A DNA stretch of 64,000 nucleotides from Tubulanus polymorphus (lineage: Eukaryota > Animalia > Nemertea), in NCBI RefSeq assembly GCF_964204645.1, contig NC_134032.1, positions 1,546,416 to 1,610,415 of the forward strand, in the 5' to 3' direction. This document shows positions 28,089 to 41,371 of the stretch, piece by piece. The first letter of the stretch is position 1. Each line of letters opens with the position of its first letter. The translations under genes and the position numbers were made by a program. The notes under the pieces are model-generated. The model had not been told where the DNA came from, ran no database searches, and saw only the letters and a list, made by a program, of their open reading frames with translations.

Positions 28089-28308
28089 GGCTAAAAAAAA
28101 ATGATACCTTGTTTCTCCGCTCTGCTGAGCTTGAATGTTGACCCGGCCGGCCGCCTATCTACCCTATACATTACTTTTTTTTAAATCGTGATCAATTTTA
28201 CCATAACAGACCTGGCCGCTATAGAAATGAACTGTTTACAAATTTTATCATATTTTACTAAAATGACCCGACCGATGCGGAGAAACAAGGTATCATTTTT
28301 GTTTAGCC
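28089..28308 (+). mobile_element. Harbinger/Tourist-like MITE family A, copy 1
   Basis: ~220 bp; TIR GGCTAAA.AAAAATGATACCTTGTTTCTCCGC; TTA TSD. Confidence 0.85.
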
Positions 28309-28888
28309 TTAGTTATTTTTGTTATATCCGCCAATTTTCCGCCGCTGGCCGTTTCGAAAAAGGCTTTCTGCGACGCCTCTCTGCTTAAACCAGATATCTT
28401 TGAAGTCTTTTTTTTTCTTTGTTTATCGTTGAAGTCTTTTTTTTTCTATGTTTATCTTTGAAGTCTTAGTTAAGGCATTATTTAATTAAGGGACTGAAAG
28501 TAGAAAAAACAACGTTAACGACTCCAGAGTCTTGTAAATTACGTACATTTCAATAATGTGACCTAAAACGGGAAATGTAATTTTCTCGACAATTTTTAAC
28601 GCAACCATTTAAATCGTGAATTACAATTACTTTTCATCCTTTTTTTTAGTTCATTAGCTGCGTGGTAAAATATGATGTCGTTGAGAACCTTCTCCAGGTA
28701 AGATGTCACCTGCGATTGCTGTGAAAGACAAGACATTCCGTTAAATGCGCGCTCTAAATTGCTATTAATTAAATTCACCGATTCAGCGTAGATGTGTTTT
28801 TGAAGCATTCCACTTCATTGTACTTAGTTAGATGTGCATTTAAAACTCTATAAATAAAAAAAAAAATAAAAAAATACAAAGAAAACTT

Positions 28889-29371
28889 GCCATACAAAGA
28901 AATACCCTAGTTTCTCAAGAAAGTCAAATGCCGCCCGCGTCATGAAAAAAGTCCCTGATAAAAATTGAAAACACAAATGCGCTCGCCCGCGTCGGCAAAG
29001 CATCGATCGTCTTCTTTTTATGAAAATTAAAACCCGCTCGCCCGCATAGCTGTATAGCATACGGCAGTGGTTTTTTTTCTGCTGGAGTTTGTATGCTCAT
29101 CCACCACGTACTGGTAATCCACATTTACGATGACAAACACAGCTTCCTTTTACTTCATTTCGAGGAAGCGTGAAAATAGCAAAAATGATTGTCTAAGTCT
29201 CGATAAAATGAGCCTGATTTTATATTTAAAAAAAGTTCCCTCCCGCGTCTGTTCTATAAGTGTCAGGTTGAGCTTTTTATTTGAAAAAAGTAATGAAAAT
29301 AAAATTCGCCCGCCCTCATCACTTTCCAGAAAAAAATCTGATGAGAAACTAGGGTATTTCTTTGTGTGGCC
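28889..29371. mobile_element. TIR element (Harbinger-like MITE)
   Basis: TIR gccatacaaagaaataccctagtttctca / tgagaaactagggtatttctttgtgtggcc followed by tta. Confidence 0.7.
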
Positions 29372-30376
29372 TTAGATGTGCATTTAAAACTCTATCGAGT
29401 AGGCTACTCTACTATCATGTTATTTTTGTGGTGTATTATGGTGTATTCAATCAAAGATTTTCAACAAATTTTAAAATAAAGATAGTATTTATTTAATGAT
29501 TATAGTTTTTGTGATTTATATGAGAAGTTTATCTCGATGTAGGAGCTACCAGCAAGTTGATGCTACATGTACTTACACTTATCAGACAACTTGAATGGGA
29601 ACATACTTTTTTCTGGTTGGGTGTCGATGTCTTCAAGAACAATTAGCAAAGTATCTCGTCAAGTTTCTTCTGAAATATGAGTTACACGAATTCGTATTGA
29701 TGGCATGAAAAGTAATCCAGTCTGATGTTACTAAGACCAGAACTTCCTACTGTACTTTCTAGAAGCTTCATTTCGATGAGGAATTGACTATTATTATGAC
29801 TGCGCCGACTGAGATTTCTCAAGAAATGCCATAAAAGAGACGAAGTCTATCATAAGATTAGATGGTCGTCTGTACAAAAGTACTGTGGGCGTAGAGAGGC
29901 CTGTTCTGAGCAAGTACCGGGCGCAATAGGCCTACTAGTACTACTAGACCGGCAACTGCTCGAATATTTGATGTTACAAGTACCGGTAGTCAGATATCTT
30001 GGCTTTCGTAAAAATCGGTTTTGTTAAGCATTTAATCATCTTGGGATAAATGAAAACCTTGCTCAACTTAAAAAACACATTTAAAAAAGAAAATAGCAAT
30101 TAAAAACGCACCTCTATCGGAAATTCCATGATTTGTGTACGCTAGCGACCAGCTACCGGAAATCAAGTACCCCAACTCTCGTTGACATCTCGCCAGCCCA
30201 TGCTCACAGCATCCATTACATCGAAGTCTCGCGTGAGTTGGCGCCGTTCCATTCGATTTTAGTTCTAAGATTTCATCAGGTTTTTCGACGATGAAAAACA
30301 CATATTTGAATTCCGACAGTGCAACGACACAAACATGCGCGCGCGAGGTGAGAAGAGAGAAGATAGACCTATATAC

Positions 30377-30542
30377 CTGTTTGCTGCCTTCGACGAACTC
30401 TTTACATCCGGCGTGACACGGCGAGAAATACATGAGACCATCGACTCCACAAACAGGATCATACCTCGATCTGCTGCAATCACAGGCCTCGTTACAGCGG
30501 TGATTCAGGTCGTACAGAATCGCCGAATCATCGCCCACGGTA
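30377..30542 (-). CDS. SLCO4A1: SLCO4A1-like coding exon 9 (Kazal-like extracellular loop)
   Basis: ttgcag|...|gtatat; CNEACDCSRSRYDPVCGVDGLMYFSPCHAGC. Confidence 0.92.
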
Positions 30543-31083
30543 CTGCAAGTAGAGAATCTCATAACAAGATCGAGTTTTAGTAATTTATTCGGCGTTCTAA
30601 CTATAATCCCTCAGTCTCCCTCCTATAATCTATTATCCCTCCAAGTCTTCTCAGGAATACGGATGTTTGTTTGTACGAAATCCCAGTTTATTATCTCACG
30701 TTTTTTTTTTGGATAACCAGCCAGTTACAGGCTTAGTTTAGAGATACAAACAACCACGAACTTCAGGACCCAGTTTCACGAAAAAGTTAAAGCCCTAAAA
30801 CGGTTAAGTTTGAATTGTTGTCCTCATTGAAAACATGAAGTAACTATCGGCTATTACACCAAAAATTAACTTTAATAATTAGTGAAACTGGGCTCAGGGC
30901 ACCAGAAAAAAGTGTTCGTTATAAATGACGGAAATGATAAGGAGACCGGGAACCAGAATAATCGTTCATTGTAGTTTGTTCGTTTGCTAAGAGGTCTGCT
31001 GTTTTTAACCGATAGTATTTCATGACGATGATCTGCAGGAAGGAACTAGGAGCTCAGCCCTTTCTCAACACATGTGCATCTAA

Positions 31084-31306
31084 GGCTAAACAAAAATGAT
31101 ACCTTGTTTCTCCGCAGCGGCCGGGTCATTTTTGTAAAATATGATAAAATTTATAAACAGTTCATTTCTATAGCGGCCGGGTCTGTTATGGTAAAATTGA
31201 TCACGATTTTAAAAAAAAAGTAATGTATAGGGTAGATAGGCGGCCGGCCGGGTCAACATTTAAGCTCAGCAGAGCGGAGAAACAAGGTATCAATTTTTTT
31301 TTAGCC
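31084..31306 (-). mobile_element. MITE family A, copy 2
   Basis: Same TIRs, TAA TSD, inverted orientation. Confidence 0.85.
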
Positions 31307-31342
31307 TAACAATTTCGAATTAGAACTTTATTCGGAACGGAC

Positions 31343-31538
31343 CTGTTTAGATAGGGCCGGTTGACGCCAGCGAATCCTACATTCGAACATTGAATGAAGA
31401 ATATCATCAGCAACAGTAGAACGGCCGATGCGGTGCCCATGCACATCTTCAAGATACCCGAACATTTCAACTGGAACCGTTTAACTAAGTAACCGCCGAG
31501 GAATGTACCACCGCCACCTGCAGGTATCATCGTGAACC
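31343..31538 (-). CDS. SLCO4A1: SLCO4A1-like coding exon 8
   Basis: ggtag|...|gtccgt; GFTMIPAGGGGTFLGGYLVKRFQLKCSGILK. Confidence 0.88.
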
Positions 31539-31626
31539 CTACCAACGATATAATACATATCAATCGATCGCTGAATTCATGAATATGCAAATTTCTATTG
31601 ATTTTAAAAGTTGTTGTAAAACCTAC

Positions 31627-31716
31627 CGATAAGTTGAGCTGCCCAGCCAGCAGAAATACTGAATTGTGATTCAATAAACTTAGGGGCAAATACTGTAAAC
31701 CCACTCAATAATAAAC
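31627..31716 (-). CDS. SLCO4A1: SLCO4A1-like coding exon 7
   Basis: ttgcag|...|gtaggt; GLLLSGFTVFAPKFIESQFSISAGWAAQLI. Confidence 0.9.
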
Positions 31717-32405
31717 CTGCAAAACATAGAACATAGTATAACACCCGAAAAGAGATCTAAAAATCGATCTGAATTATCGATTGATGTTTGAGTAAAGTCT
31801 AAGATATTCAAAGTTGATTTAGAATGAACAACCGGGGAACCTAGTTCTAACCGCTGGGGAAAAATAAAAAGTTCGTAATATCCGTTGGTTCGTCAGAGAT
31901 CCGTTTGACATCATTTATACCGTGTATGAATGAAAAGGAAATAGCCCTGGTGTGATGAAACCCAAACCGACTGGTTTCATTCGAGCTGGCCTACTTTATT
32001 GAAATATATAATACTGTCAGCTTATGAATCGCTAATTGATAAATCATGAAATGAAATATATATGAATGTAAACCCTGTGTAATTTGATTAGGATTAGGAT
32101 TAGGATTTTATTTAAACTCCAACCGTTTCTATGGTACATGGAGGGAGACTTATACAAAGTATACAATATTTACAATTAACAGAAAGTATAATAAACTTGT
32201 CTTGATAAAATATAACAAAGTTATTAACAATATATATATACACTATTTACAACATACTAATTATTGGAGGGATCTATATACATCTAAGCCTTTTTTTTAA
32301 TGAATTTTGCAAGGTGGATTGTAGGATTTTTTACGTTACAGCTCGTCACGCCATCTGGCGGGATGATGGCCCGTTTTGACGATATGAAAATAACTACATT
32401 CTTAC

Positions 32406-32573
32406 CTTCAACAGCACCAGCCATGTTCAAACACATAAACGTTGGATTGTTGAGTAATACTTTGACGGCGATGGCGATACTTTTAACGCCTTGTTTCTGA
32501 AACCCGGCCGACATATTCTCGCCTCCGTCGCCGTACGCTTCTGACTCGCGTTCAGCGCGCACTTTAGCAGCAC
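32406..32573 (-). CDS. SLCO4A1: SLCO4A1-like coding exon 6
   Basis: tttcag|...|gtaag; ..KVLLNNPTFMCLNMAGAVEG. Confidence 0.9.
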
Positions 32574-32662
32574 CTGAAATAGAGTCATTACCCGATCGAT
32601 TCAGTCAAGTCGTCACACTCAGAGCCGAGCCATACAGATCCGAGGGTTCTGATGATATTTAC

Positions 32663-32784
32663 CTGGTAATGATTTAGGGAAGCCCAGTATCGGAAACGAC
32701 ATTAACAGCGCTACGAATCCGGTCAATACAAAACCGATCCACCAAGCACCAACCCATTTCGGGCTTTCGGGGGTGATTCTAATT
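32663..32784 (-). CDS. SLCO4A1: SLCO4A1-like coding exon 5 (OATP signature)
   Basis: atgcag|...|gtaaat; SPKWVGAWWIGF matches the OATP superfamily signature. Confidence 0.93.
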
Positions 32785-33048
32785 CTGCATGGAAACGAAA
32801 AAATCGACAAAAATAGAGATCATTTTAAGAGATAGGACAGACGACCGACCGATGGACTGACCGACGATTGATGCCCGTGAACACTGGGGCTTTAGTCCCA
32901 AGTAGGCTAAAAATCATTGCATTCAAAGTGTATTGAATGGCGGATTCTTGCGCTATGTAAAATATCAATCTTCATATGAAACTTGGATGTATCGTTTCGC
33001 GAGGGACTCCAACAGTCCGATCGGATTCAAGGATTCGAATAAACTTAC

Positions 33049-33151
33049 GTAGATACATCGACGACATCGACATCGGTGTAAATATTCAGTAATTCACCAC
33101 CGAGCAGGTATCCAACTGCCGGTCCTATGATTGCCATAGCATAAAATATAC
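33049..33151 (-). CDS. SLCO4A1: SLCO4A1-like coding exon 4
   Basis: ttttag|...|gtaagt; GIFYAMAIIGPAVGYLLGGELLNIYTD. Confidence 0.9.
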
Positions 33152-33360
33152 CTAAAAATATCGAATTCATCGAATTTGAATTATGACCCGTAAGGTTGTG
33201 AGAAGATGATTGGTCGATTTGAAAGTGAACCGAGATGTTGAAGAGCGCACTAGATCAAGACGGAATCCTCGCATGCCACAGACACTGGTGCCTCGTTACA
33301 TCATTGAAATCCAAACAACTCATTTGAATATTTGCATACATCACAATATTCATTACTCAC

Positions 33361-33657
33361 CAACATACAGCGAGCTGACTTTGCGGTTCAAGTTATCGTC
33401 CAGATAAGTTGTACCGAGCGTGTAAAGTGGGGTGGCTCCGGCTCCCATTAACAGCTGCGCTAGTATAAACACCATACGATACCGGGACAATCCTCGCGGT
33501 GATCGCTGCTGTTTCGGGTCGCATACGACGCCGCCGCTAGAGGTGGCGTTGTAAGCGGCGTCTCTAGCGCCCCCTGACGTCAGGCAGATGTTTTCAGTGT
33601 GAGTGACGTACTCGTAGGAAGGCGACGTGAAGTGCGGCATAGCAAAAACAACAGAAC
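33361..33657 (-). CDS. SLCO4A1: SLCO4A1-like coding exon 3
   Basis: tttcag|...|gtgagt; GSVVFAMPHFT..AQLLMGAGATPLYTLGTTYLDDN. Confidence 0.92.
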
Positions 33658-33820
33658 CTGAAATCAGAATGAAACGTAAAAAATTGTTCAGCGGTTAGTG
33701 GAGTTTAATTGAATTTGAGTTGATACTCGATACATGGTAAGAATATCGAGTTCTGTTTCATTTTCAGACGTTCAATTCATCAACAGCCTGAATTAGCGAA
33801 TTTCTCATAGTCGGATTTAT

Positions 33821-34120
33821 GAATGAATGAATGAATGAACGAACGAACGAACGAACGAACGAACGAACGAACGAACGAACGAACGAACGAACGAACGAAC
33901 GAACGAACGAACGAACGAACGAACGAACGAACGAACGAACGAACGAACGAACGAACGAACGAACGAACGAACGAACGAACGAACGAACGAACGAACGAAC
34001 GAACGAACGAACGAACGAACGAACGAACGAACGAACGAACGAACGAACGAACGAACGAACGAACGAACGAACGAACGAACGAACGAACGAACGAACGAAC
34101 GAACGAACGAACGAATGAAT
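33821..34120. repeat. (GAAC)n/(GAAT)n microsatellite
   Basis: Direct inspection. Confidence 0.98.
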
Positions 34121-34263
34121 GCTTTATTCTCTCTAATTACAAATAATCAATATACACACATAAATACAATTTGAGAAAAGGACATCTCCAAGCCGGGTGC
34201 TGTACCATAAGGGGAGATGCCCTGTTACTATTATGTATAATAATGAATACTATATTGATGAAG

Positions 34264-34280
34264 TAATGATAATAATAATA

Positions 34281-34311
<31 letters not shown>

Positions 34312-34399
34312 TTGTAATAATAATAATAATAATAATAATAACAATAATAATAATGATAATAATAATAATAATAATAATGATAATAATAATAATAATAAT
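34264..34399. repeat. (AAT)n microsatellite
   Basis: Direct inspection. Confidence 0.95.
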
Positions 34400-34482
34400 C
34401 TTATCTTATATTATCTAATCTTCCAGTAACAAACATGCGACTTATCGTATCATGGTTATGCCGTATGAGGTGAAATACTTAC

Positions 34483-34681
34483 CGATCCCGAGCAGCAGAA
34501 CTCCGAATCCGAGCCATCGAGGTTTACAACCGAGTCCGCCGAAATAACTGACAGGTATGAGACACAGGACGGAGGCGATGTCGTACGAACTGGCGACTGT
34601 ACCCGTCTCCGTGGAGGTCATGTCAAAACGTCGTTCGATGTTAGATATGACGACGCTTACCAAACCGTTTACGATTGTACC
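34483..34681 (-). CDS. SLCO4A1: SLCO4A1-like coding exon 2
   Basis: tttcag|...|gtaagt; [42 protein letters not shown]. Confidence 0.93.
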
Positions 34682-35163
34682 CTGAAATGTGTAAGCGTCA
34701 CGCGGGTTTAGAATGGTCCAGAAAACCGAAAATTTAACGAGAAAAAAGACCGAATTAAAGCTAATATTGGTTTGGATGTGTTCAGGAATCTGAGGCACCG
34801 CAACCAATTAATTATTGAGGGATACAATACTTAAAGAGAACGTATGATAATCTACTGAAATGCTTTAGTTTTAGTCTCAATGGCATATTCCTGATTCCCA
34901 TTTCATTTGAAAATAGATATCTAGTTTTTACGGGTCAGAATCTAAATGAATTCCTGATAATTATACATATGAAAATAGATATATATCTAGTTCTCATAGC
35001 TCAGAATCTTAACGAATCGTCGACTGGTTGCGTGTTCAACTGCTGCTATTCAGTCGCCCGATCGGACGTAGCAGCTACACTCAGATCGACCGTGCGACGA
35101 TGATATAATCTTCCAACACGGTTAATTCATGGACCTGCGTGAGAGGAGTGCGGTCGCTCCTAC

Positions 35164-35430
35164 CTGTATAACGGCAGCCCAACAGAAACAGACCAGCACC
35201 CATCTAGTATCGCGAAACTTCTGACAACAGTCCGGTTTAACCGGACCCCAGCCGCACAATACATCTTCCTCTTCGTCCAACTCTGACGCTTCGATCATCA
35301 CCGCATCTTCAATTCTGTACGTCTTCGAGATGCCGTCACCTCCTGCTGCTCCCTCACCCGCGCTCGCACTCTGCGCGCTGCCAGCTGCTTTACCGATGTC
35401 CTGGTAGTCACGCGGTTTGGTTATCACCAT
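35164..35430 (-). CDS. SLCO4A1: SLCO4A1-like coding exon 1 (ATG 35430; exon acceptor at 35434, so upstream exons exist)
   Basis: ttatag|gaaaATG...CAG|gtagga; CGWGPVKPDCCQKF is a typical OATP4 N-terminal motif. The 12 exons sum to 2271 nt with consistent phases. Confidence 0.88.
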
Positions 35431-35644
35431 TTTCCTATAACAGAAGAACCAATCAATCTTTATTCAGCATAAATATTTTAAAAAAAGAAAACATTGTTTG
35501 CAACCGATACAGTTTCGGTAAAATCAAGTATATACATAAAAGGAGATAAACAAGTAATAAAATGAGGCATAATTAACACTAAGTACAGATGAGGAAAAAC
35601 ATAATTGAAAATATGCAAAAAGTTAATCGAAGAAATATTAGGAC

Positions 35645-35848
<204 letters not shown>

Positions 35849-36639
35849 CATATACATAACTGTTATAACAAAACTTCTAATAGCGCTTATATTTACAAAT
35901 TCCACATGTATAAGAGGTAAAAGGTAATTAATACAATAGATGATCGATGGAATTATAATGTCGTCTTGATGAAACCCGTATAGCAAAAGATAACCTTAAT
36001 GATCATAGGAGTCACTCGCGTCCAATGGGACTTATGAAAAGTTTAGGCACATTTTTATGCAATTCTAGTGCATATTACTGCTTTGAGAAGTACCGTGGGC
36101 TTTCGTCATAGATCAATGTCGGGTGGAATTTTTCACATGTGATTTTCAAAGGGGCACTTGGTCAGAAAAATGGGCCTGATTAATACGTTTAAACAGATTG
36201 TACGGAACAGATATATGAATTAGATTCTGTAGAGCGAATTCTGAGACTAGTGAATAGTTTCAACTGAATGACGTGAAGCGTTTTCTAAGGAGGCAACTTT
36301 CTTCTGGTTAATGAGTACGCTGTATTACAGACTGCTCGAGTCAGTAGCGCCGATTCAAACTGACAACTTACAACATATAGCCAGCAGCTAGCTGTGATTC
36401 TAATCTACGCACAGAATCCTCTCTCGTTAAAACACGGAACATCAACATGATTAACCTACGCCGTATGAACTTTCTCTGAGCACCACGGCACTCAGTACAG
36501 CTCCGAAACCAAATACTTTCTATAATTCAACTCTGAAGTAAGACTATAGACAGTAGCGACTTTCCGAGGCTATTCTATCTTATAGGTCATTTTTCAAAAC
36601 TGTTTTGAAAATGACGGACTTCTGTGTTAGTATATTTCG

Positions 36640-36785
36640 AGCGAGTGGTATGGGCGAGTGGTTAGAGCGTTCGACTCCGGGAAACCAGGTCGTGGGTTCG
36701 AACCCCGTACATTGTCGCAGTGTCCTCGGGCAAGACACTGATCATCATTGCCTCTCCCCACCCAGGAGTAAATGGTTAACTGTTC
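36640..36785 (+). mobile_element. tRNA-derived SINE with CORE-like segment
   Basis: A-box ggcgagtggttagagcg, B-box gggttcgaacccc, then gtgtcctcgggcaagacact..cacccaggagtaaatgg. Confidence 0.7.
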
Positions 36786-38006
36786 TGATAGATGACTAGT
36801 AACTGTAGTAAATAAGTTCTCCCCAAGGATATTTCAAACATCTCGTCTTAGCATCTGTATCCATATCTAACTCCAGAGAATTAATTTCATTATCAGACCT
36901 AGCCCCAGACAAATAGACTCGGTGGCTATTGCGATCGAACTAATTGCAATAGGTTTAATCGCTTTATGACTGCTATTCCCGCGTGGTGCCACGTCTCGAG
37001 TTGCGCTTCACCGAACTATCACCGGCGTATCACTTCTATACTGGTACAGTTCCACTTCAATTATCAATTCTAGAAATAACGTTTCAATATGGGGCCAATT
37101 ATAGAAATTCAACGTAGTTAATTCTCAGTGGATTCCTCGAGGACGTGTTGAGGGGACCCGTGAGAATATATCAAGTTGTATTTTAACAAACAATATGGAA
37201 TTATAATGTTAATATGCATGTTGGCAATTTAACGAATCAATTTAAATTTCCTAATACGTCAGGAAGCGTACAACAGTGCTAACTCCTGACTGGTTTATCT
37301 TCGAGTCAACTCGATAAATGTTGATTCTCCAAATTATTTCGCCTTATCGAAATAAGTTGATTGTCAAAAACTCTCAAATCACCGGGAAAGACGAATATCT
37401 ATCCGAATATAAAACAGCAAAACCCGGTGAGCTTCAAATGAGTCGAGCATCCCTGTCGAGGATCCATACACCAGTTCTATAATGATGGGTTTAACTAAGC
37501 CATACGTCCCTCGTTCGCCAGGATGCATACTCCAGTAACTCCTGATTGGATTGTCCCCTCACGGCGTTTGCGATCATCGTTAATAAATTCACAAACGTGC
37601 GACATTTGAAAAAAAAATCAACTACATGTTTTTGTGACGATGAAAACGCACGAACTTCGTTACCAGAAATGCCAGACATTTCACGTTTTTGGCTAGGAAA
37701 TTTTAGAATGTTTATTTCCCCCGTGGCTGAAAACGGTTTCATCGTAAAAACTGTGTAAATAGCTACCAGGCCAAAATCACATGCATATTTCATGTCGAAA
37801 AGAGCATGCGGAAATTGAGCGACAAAAACCTCCAGACTATCAAATTTCACACGTCAAAATCGTACATAAGCTCATAAACATCATGGCCTTTTTTGGAAGT
37901 TTGAAGTGCTGGATCCATAGTCATACTTAAACGTCTGGCACGATTGTAGAACTGATTTCAGACTCAAGTGTAACTAGATCAGTTATCAAGTGAGACCCAC
38001 TCATAC

Positions 38007-38042
38007 CGTACGGAACTCCGGGTCGACCGTAAAACCATACAA
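38007..38042 (-). CDS. Candidate 36-nt symmetric (phase 2-2) cassette exon of the SLCO N-terminus
   Basis: Pyrimidine tract ..cattcatttccacag| and CG|gtatga; in-frame (S)CMVLRSTRSSV(R). Confidence 0.4.
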
Positions 38043-38177
38043 CTGTGGAAATGAATGCGGAGGCAAATTAAATCTACACAAATCTGGAGTCGCGTTGAAC
38101 CCTTACGACTTCGGAACTGGGTCCAGAACTAAATTGAACGCGCTCAACATAGGACTGGGCCCAACGTAGAACTGCGT

Positions 38178-38803
38178 TCAGAGTCAAATCGACTCTACAG
38201 TGGACGCAGTGAACCTACACGGATGAACTGGGTTCAGAGTCAAATCGGTTCTACAGTGGAGACAGTGAACCTACACGGATGAACTGGGTTCAGAGTCAAA
38301 TCGATTATACAGTGGACGCAGTGAACCTACACGGATGAACTGGGTTCAGAGTCAAATCGATTCTACAGTGGGCACAGTGAACCTACACGGATGAACTGGG
38401 TTCAGAGTCAAATCGATTCTACAGTGGACACAGTGAACCTACACGGATGAACTGGGTTCAGAGTCAAATCGATTCTACAGTGGACGCAGTGAACCTACAC
38501 GGATGAACTAGGTTCAGAGTCAAATCGATTCTACAGTGGACGCAGTGAACCTACACGGATGAACTGGGTTCAGAGTCTAATCGATTCTACAGTGGACACA
38601 GTGAACCTACACGGATGAACTGGGTTCAGAGTAAAATCGATTCTACAGTGGACACGGTGAACCTACACGGATGAACTGGGTTCAGAGTCAAATCGATTCT
38701 ACAGTGGACACAGTGAACCTACACGGATGAACTGGGTTCAGAGTCAAATCGATTCTACAGTGGACACAGTGAACCTACACGGATGAACTGGGTTCAGAGT
38801 CAA
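38178..38803. repeat. 56-bp minisatellite, ~11 copies
   Basis: unit ttcagagtcaaatcgattctacagtggacacagtgaacctacacggatgaactggg. Confidence 0.95.
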
Positions 38804-39287
38804 AGTATCTGAGTTCATTTACATCTGCCAAGTTCGTTGACCTCCGCTTGACCAATCACGTGGTCACCTCGTTGTCGCGACCGCAGCGCCAGTTCAACTC
38901 GACTTCATTAAAAATAATCTATCGCAGAATATTCTCGGAAAGTGTCGATAGTGGATGAGGAGGTTTATGTAATAACCACGCGTACATAATAGATCATATA
39001 TAGCGCGCGGTCGGAGGGAAAGAGAGCCGTCCTGCAGCTGAAGTCCCGCGGGGTGAATTCAGAACTATGTTTATAAAAGGCTATGAAAAACATAATCAGA
39101 GGAAATTGAAAGTCAAAACAGATGCTGGAAATGGCATCGTATTCCCGGGTGTGACCAGCAGCGATTCGAACAACACAACAGCAAAAACAGTTAGAATGCT
39201 TCTAGGAAAATTAAATCCAACTCGTCCGGTTGATAGATCCAGTGAATAAATGCATCTTTAAAAATCGAGTAGCGGGGAAAGTTCGAA

Positions 39288-39858
39288 TAGGTACCTGGCC
39301 CGAGTAGCGGCGAATAAATGGGTACCTGGCCCGAGTAGCGGCGAATAAATAGGTACCTGGCCCGAGTAGCGGCGAATAAATAGGTACCTGGCCCGAGTAG
39401 CGGCGAATAAATGGGTACCTGGCCCGAGTAGCGGCGAATAAATTGGTACCTGGCCCGAGTAGCGGCGAATAAATAGGTACCTGGTCCGAGTAGCGGCGAA
39501 TAAATAGGTACCTGGCCCGAGTAGCGGCGAATAAATGGGTACCTGGCCCGAGTAGCGGCGAATAAATGGGTACCTGGCCCGAGTAGCGGCGAATAAATAG
39601 GTACCTGGTCCGAGTAGCGGCGAATAAATAGGTACCTGGCCCGAGTAGCGGCGAATAAATAGGTCCCTGGCCCGAGTAGCGGCGAATAAATAGGTACCTG
39701 GCCCGAGTAGCGGCGAATAAATGGGTACCTGGCCCGAGTAGCGGCGAATAAACGGGTACCTGGTCCGAGTAGCGGCGAATAAATGGGTACCTGGCCCGAG
39801 TAGCGGCGAATAAATGGGTACCTGGCCCGAGTAGCGGCGAATAAATTGGTACCTGGCC
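39288..39858. repeat. 31-bp minisatellite, ~18 copies
   Basis: unit ggtacctggcccgagtagcggcgaataaat(a/g). Confidence 0.95.
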
Positions 39859-41142
39859 GACGGACGAAAAGTGAACGCAATAGCGTTTCCAAGTGGGCCA
39901 ATCGATCGAATAGGATTCCTGCGCTGCATAAATTATCATATAATTATCTCTCAATCATTAGAAAACCGATAGTAACATTCTACAGTATAGCGGAAGATGT
40001 TCCGTTTTGTGTCGAGGCCTCAGTTAAAGTTATAGGAAGAATATTAAGACGGTTGTTTCTGATCGATGGTCGCAGACAAGTTGTCGATCATCATCATTAT
40101 AGACATGGGCTAATTTGGGACCGACTAAAAATGCTCGATATTTTCGCGTCCTTCAGAAATCAGGGAAAACAGAACTCTTTTACTGTAGAAACCTCGGGGG
40201 CGAGTTGTTGATTGCGACAGGACCGAATTTTTGCTTTCAAGGAGGATATAGCGAAATACAGGATTACAGCGAAATTGTTAATTACTAATTTTACTGGTGC
40301 TGCTGCTGTTGCTGCTGCTGCTGCTACTACTGTTGGTGCCTAAGGGTAAAGTAGTCTTTGCTGTCTACGTCTATGGGCTGCGTGCAACATAATCAACGAT
40401 GTCGTTAACGCAATCGAAACAATAATTTGTAACGGATTCGAGCGTTGATTACTCTCAGCGGCGGTAGCGACGTTAACTCGGCGCAACATTACACGTAAGC
40501 GACGAATCCTAGAGCCTTAAAAACTCACTACTCCGAGAATTCGCAGAAAAGCCATTGTACACTCGTTTGCGGCGATGCTTGGATCAAGTTGGCTTCCTAT
40601 TCTAAAGCACTTCCATACCCAATTCCCCCCCCCCCCCGTTTTAACCGCTCGACCAACAACATCAAGCTAACTTTTCCGAAATATGGCGGACTAAGCGCAT
40701 TTCCGCCGTGGCTGATTCAAACCGACTTTTCATATACTGTCATAAACTGATTTCGACGAAATCCTTGTAGTAACGCTGAATATTCAAATGCCAATTAGAA
40801 TTGAAGCTGCTTTGAAACGTTCTAACGTCATCAGTGTTGAAAGGTCAATTCAATGATAAAAGTTCGATAACTAGAAACAGTGAAGAGGAAGTAACCGACC
40901 TCTGCTGACTTTGATATAATCATCATCATATCGAGCGCAGGAAATGATGACTGTTTGAACTCCACGAATATTAGAAATTATGGACGTTAATCATGAACTC
41001 ATATCATTGCACTCTGCAGAGTGTCAAACATGGGGCGAAATGAGACCTGTGAACATTCGCTCAGATTTGCTTTCACATTGCTGCTATGGTATCACCCAGA
41101 TTTACTCCTAGGGGTAATTTAAATCTCAGTCTGGATCTAGTC

Positions 41143-41371
41143 TGGTTTGAAAGTCTCCCTGAGGGGAACTGGTTTGACAGTCTCCCTGAGGGGAACCGGT
41201 TTGACAGTCTCCCTGAGGGGAACCGATTTGACAGTCTCCCTTAGGGGAACCGGTTTGACAGACTCCCCGAGGGGAACCGGTTTGACAATCTCCCCGAGGG
41301 GAACCGGTTTGACAATCTCCCTGAGGGGAACCGGTTTAACAGACTCCCTGAAGTGAACCGGTTTGACAGAC
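41143..41371. repeat. 27-bp minisatellite, ~8 copies
   Basis: unit ggtttgacagtctccctgaggggaacc. Confidence 0.9.

Larger units (their letters stand above)
25445..30269. mobile_element. Decayed P-element-like DNA transposon (~4.8 kb) in SLCO intron 9
   Basis: Imperfect TIRs (tagaactctcaaatcaaatggaac / gttccattcgattttagttcta), flanking direct repeat atttcatca (25436-25444 and 30270-30278), transposase remnants inside. Confidence 0.6.

Noticed and set aside
39191-39954. Three overlapping minus-strand ORFs
   Set aside because: Artefact of the 31-bp tandem repeat.
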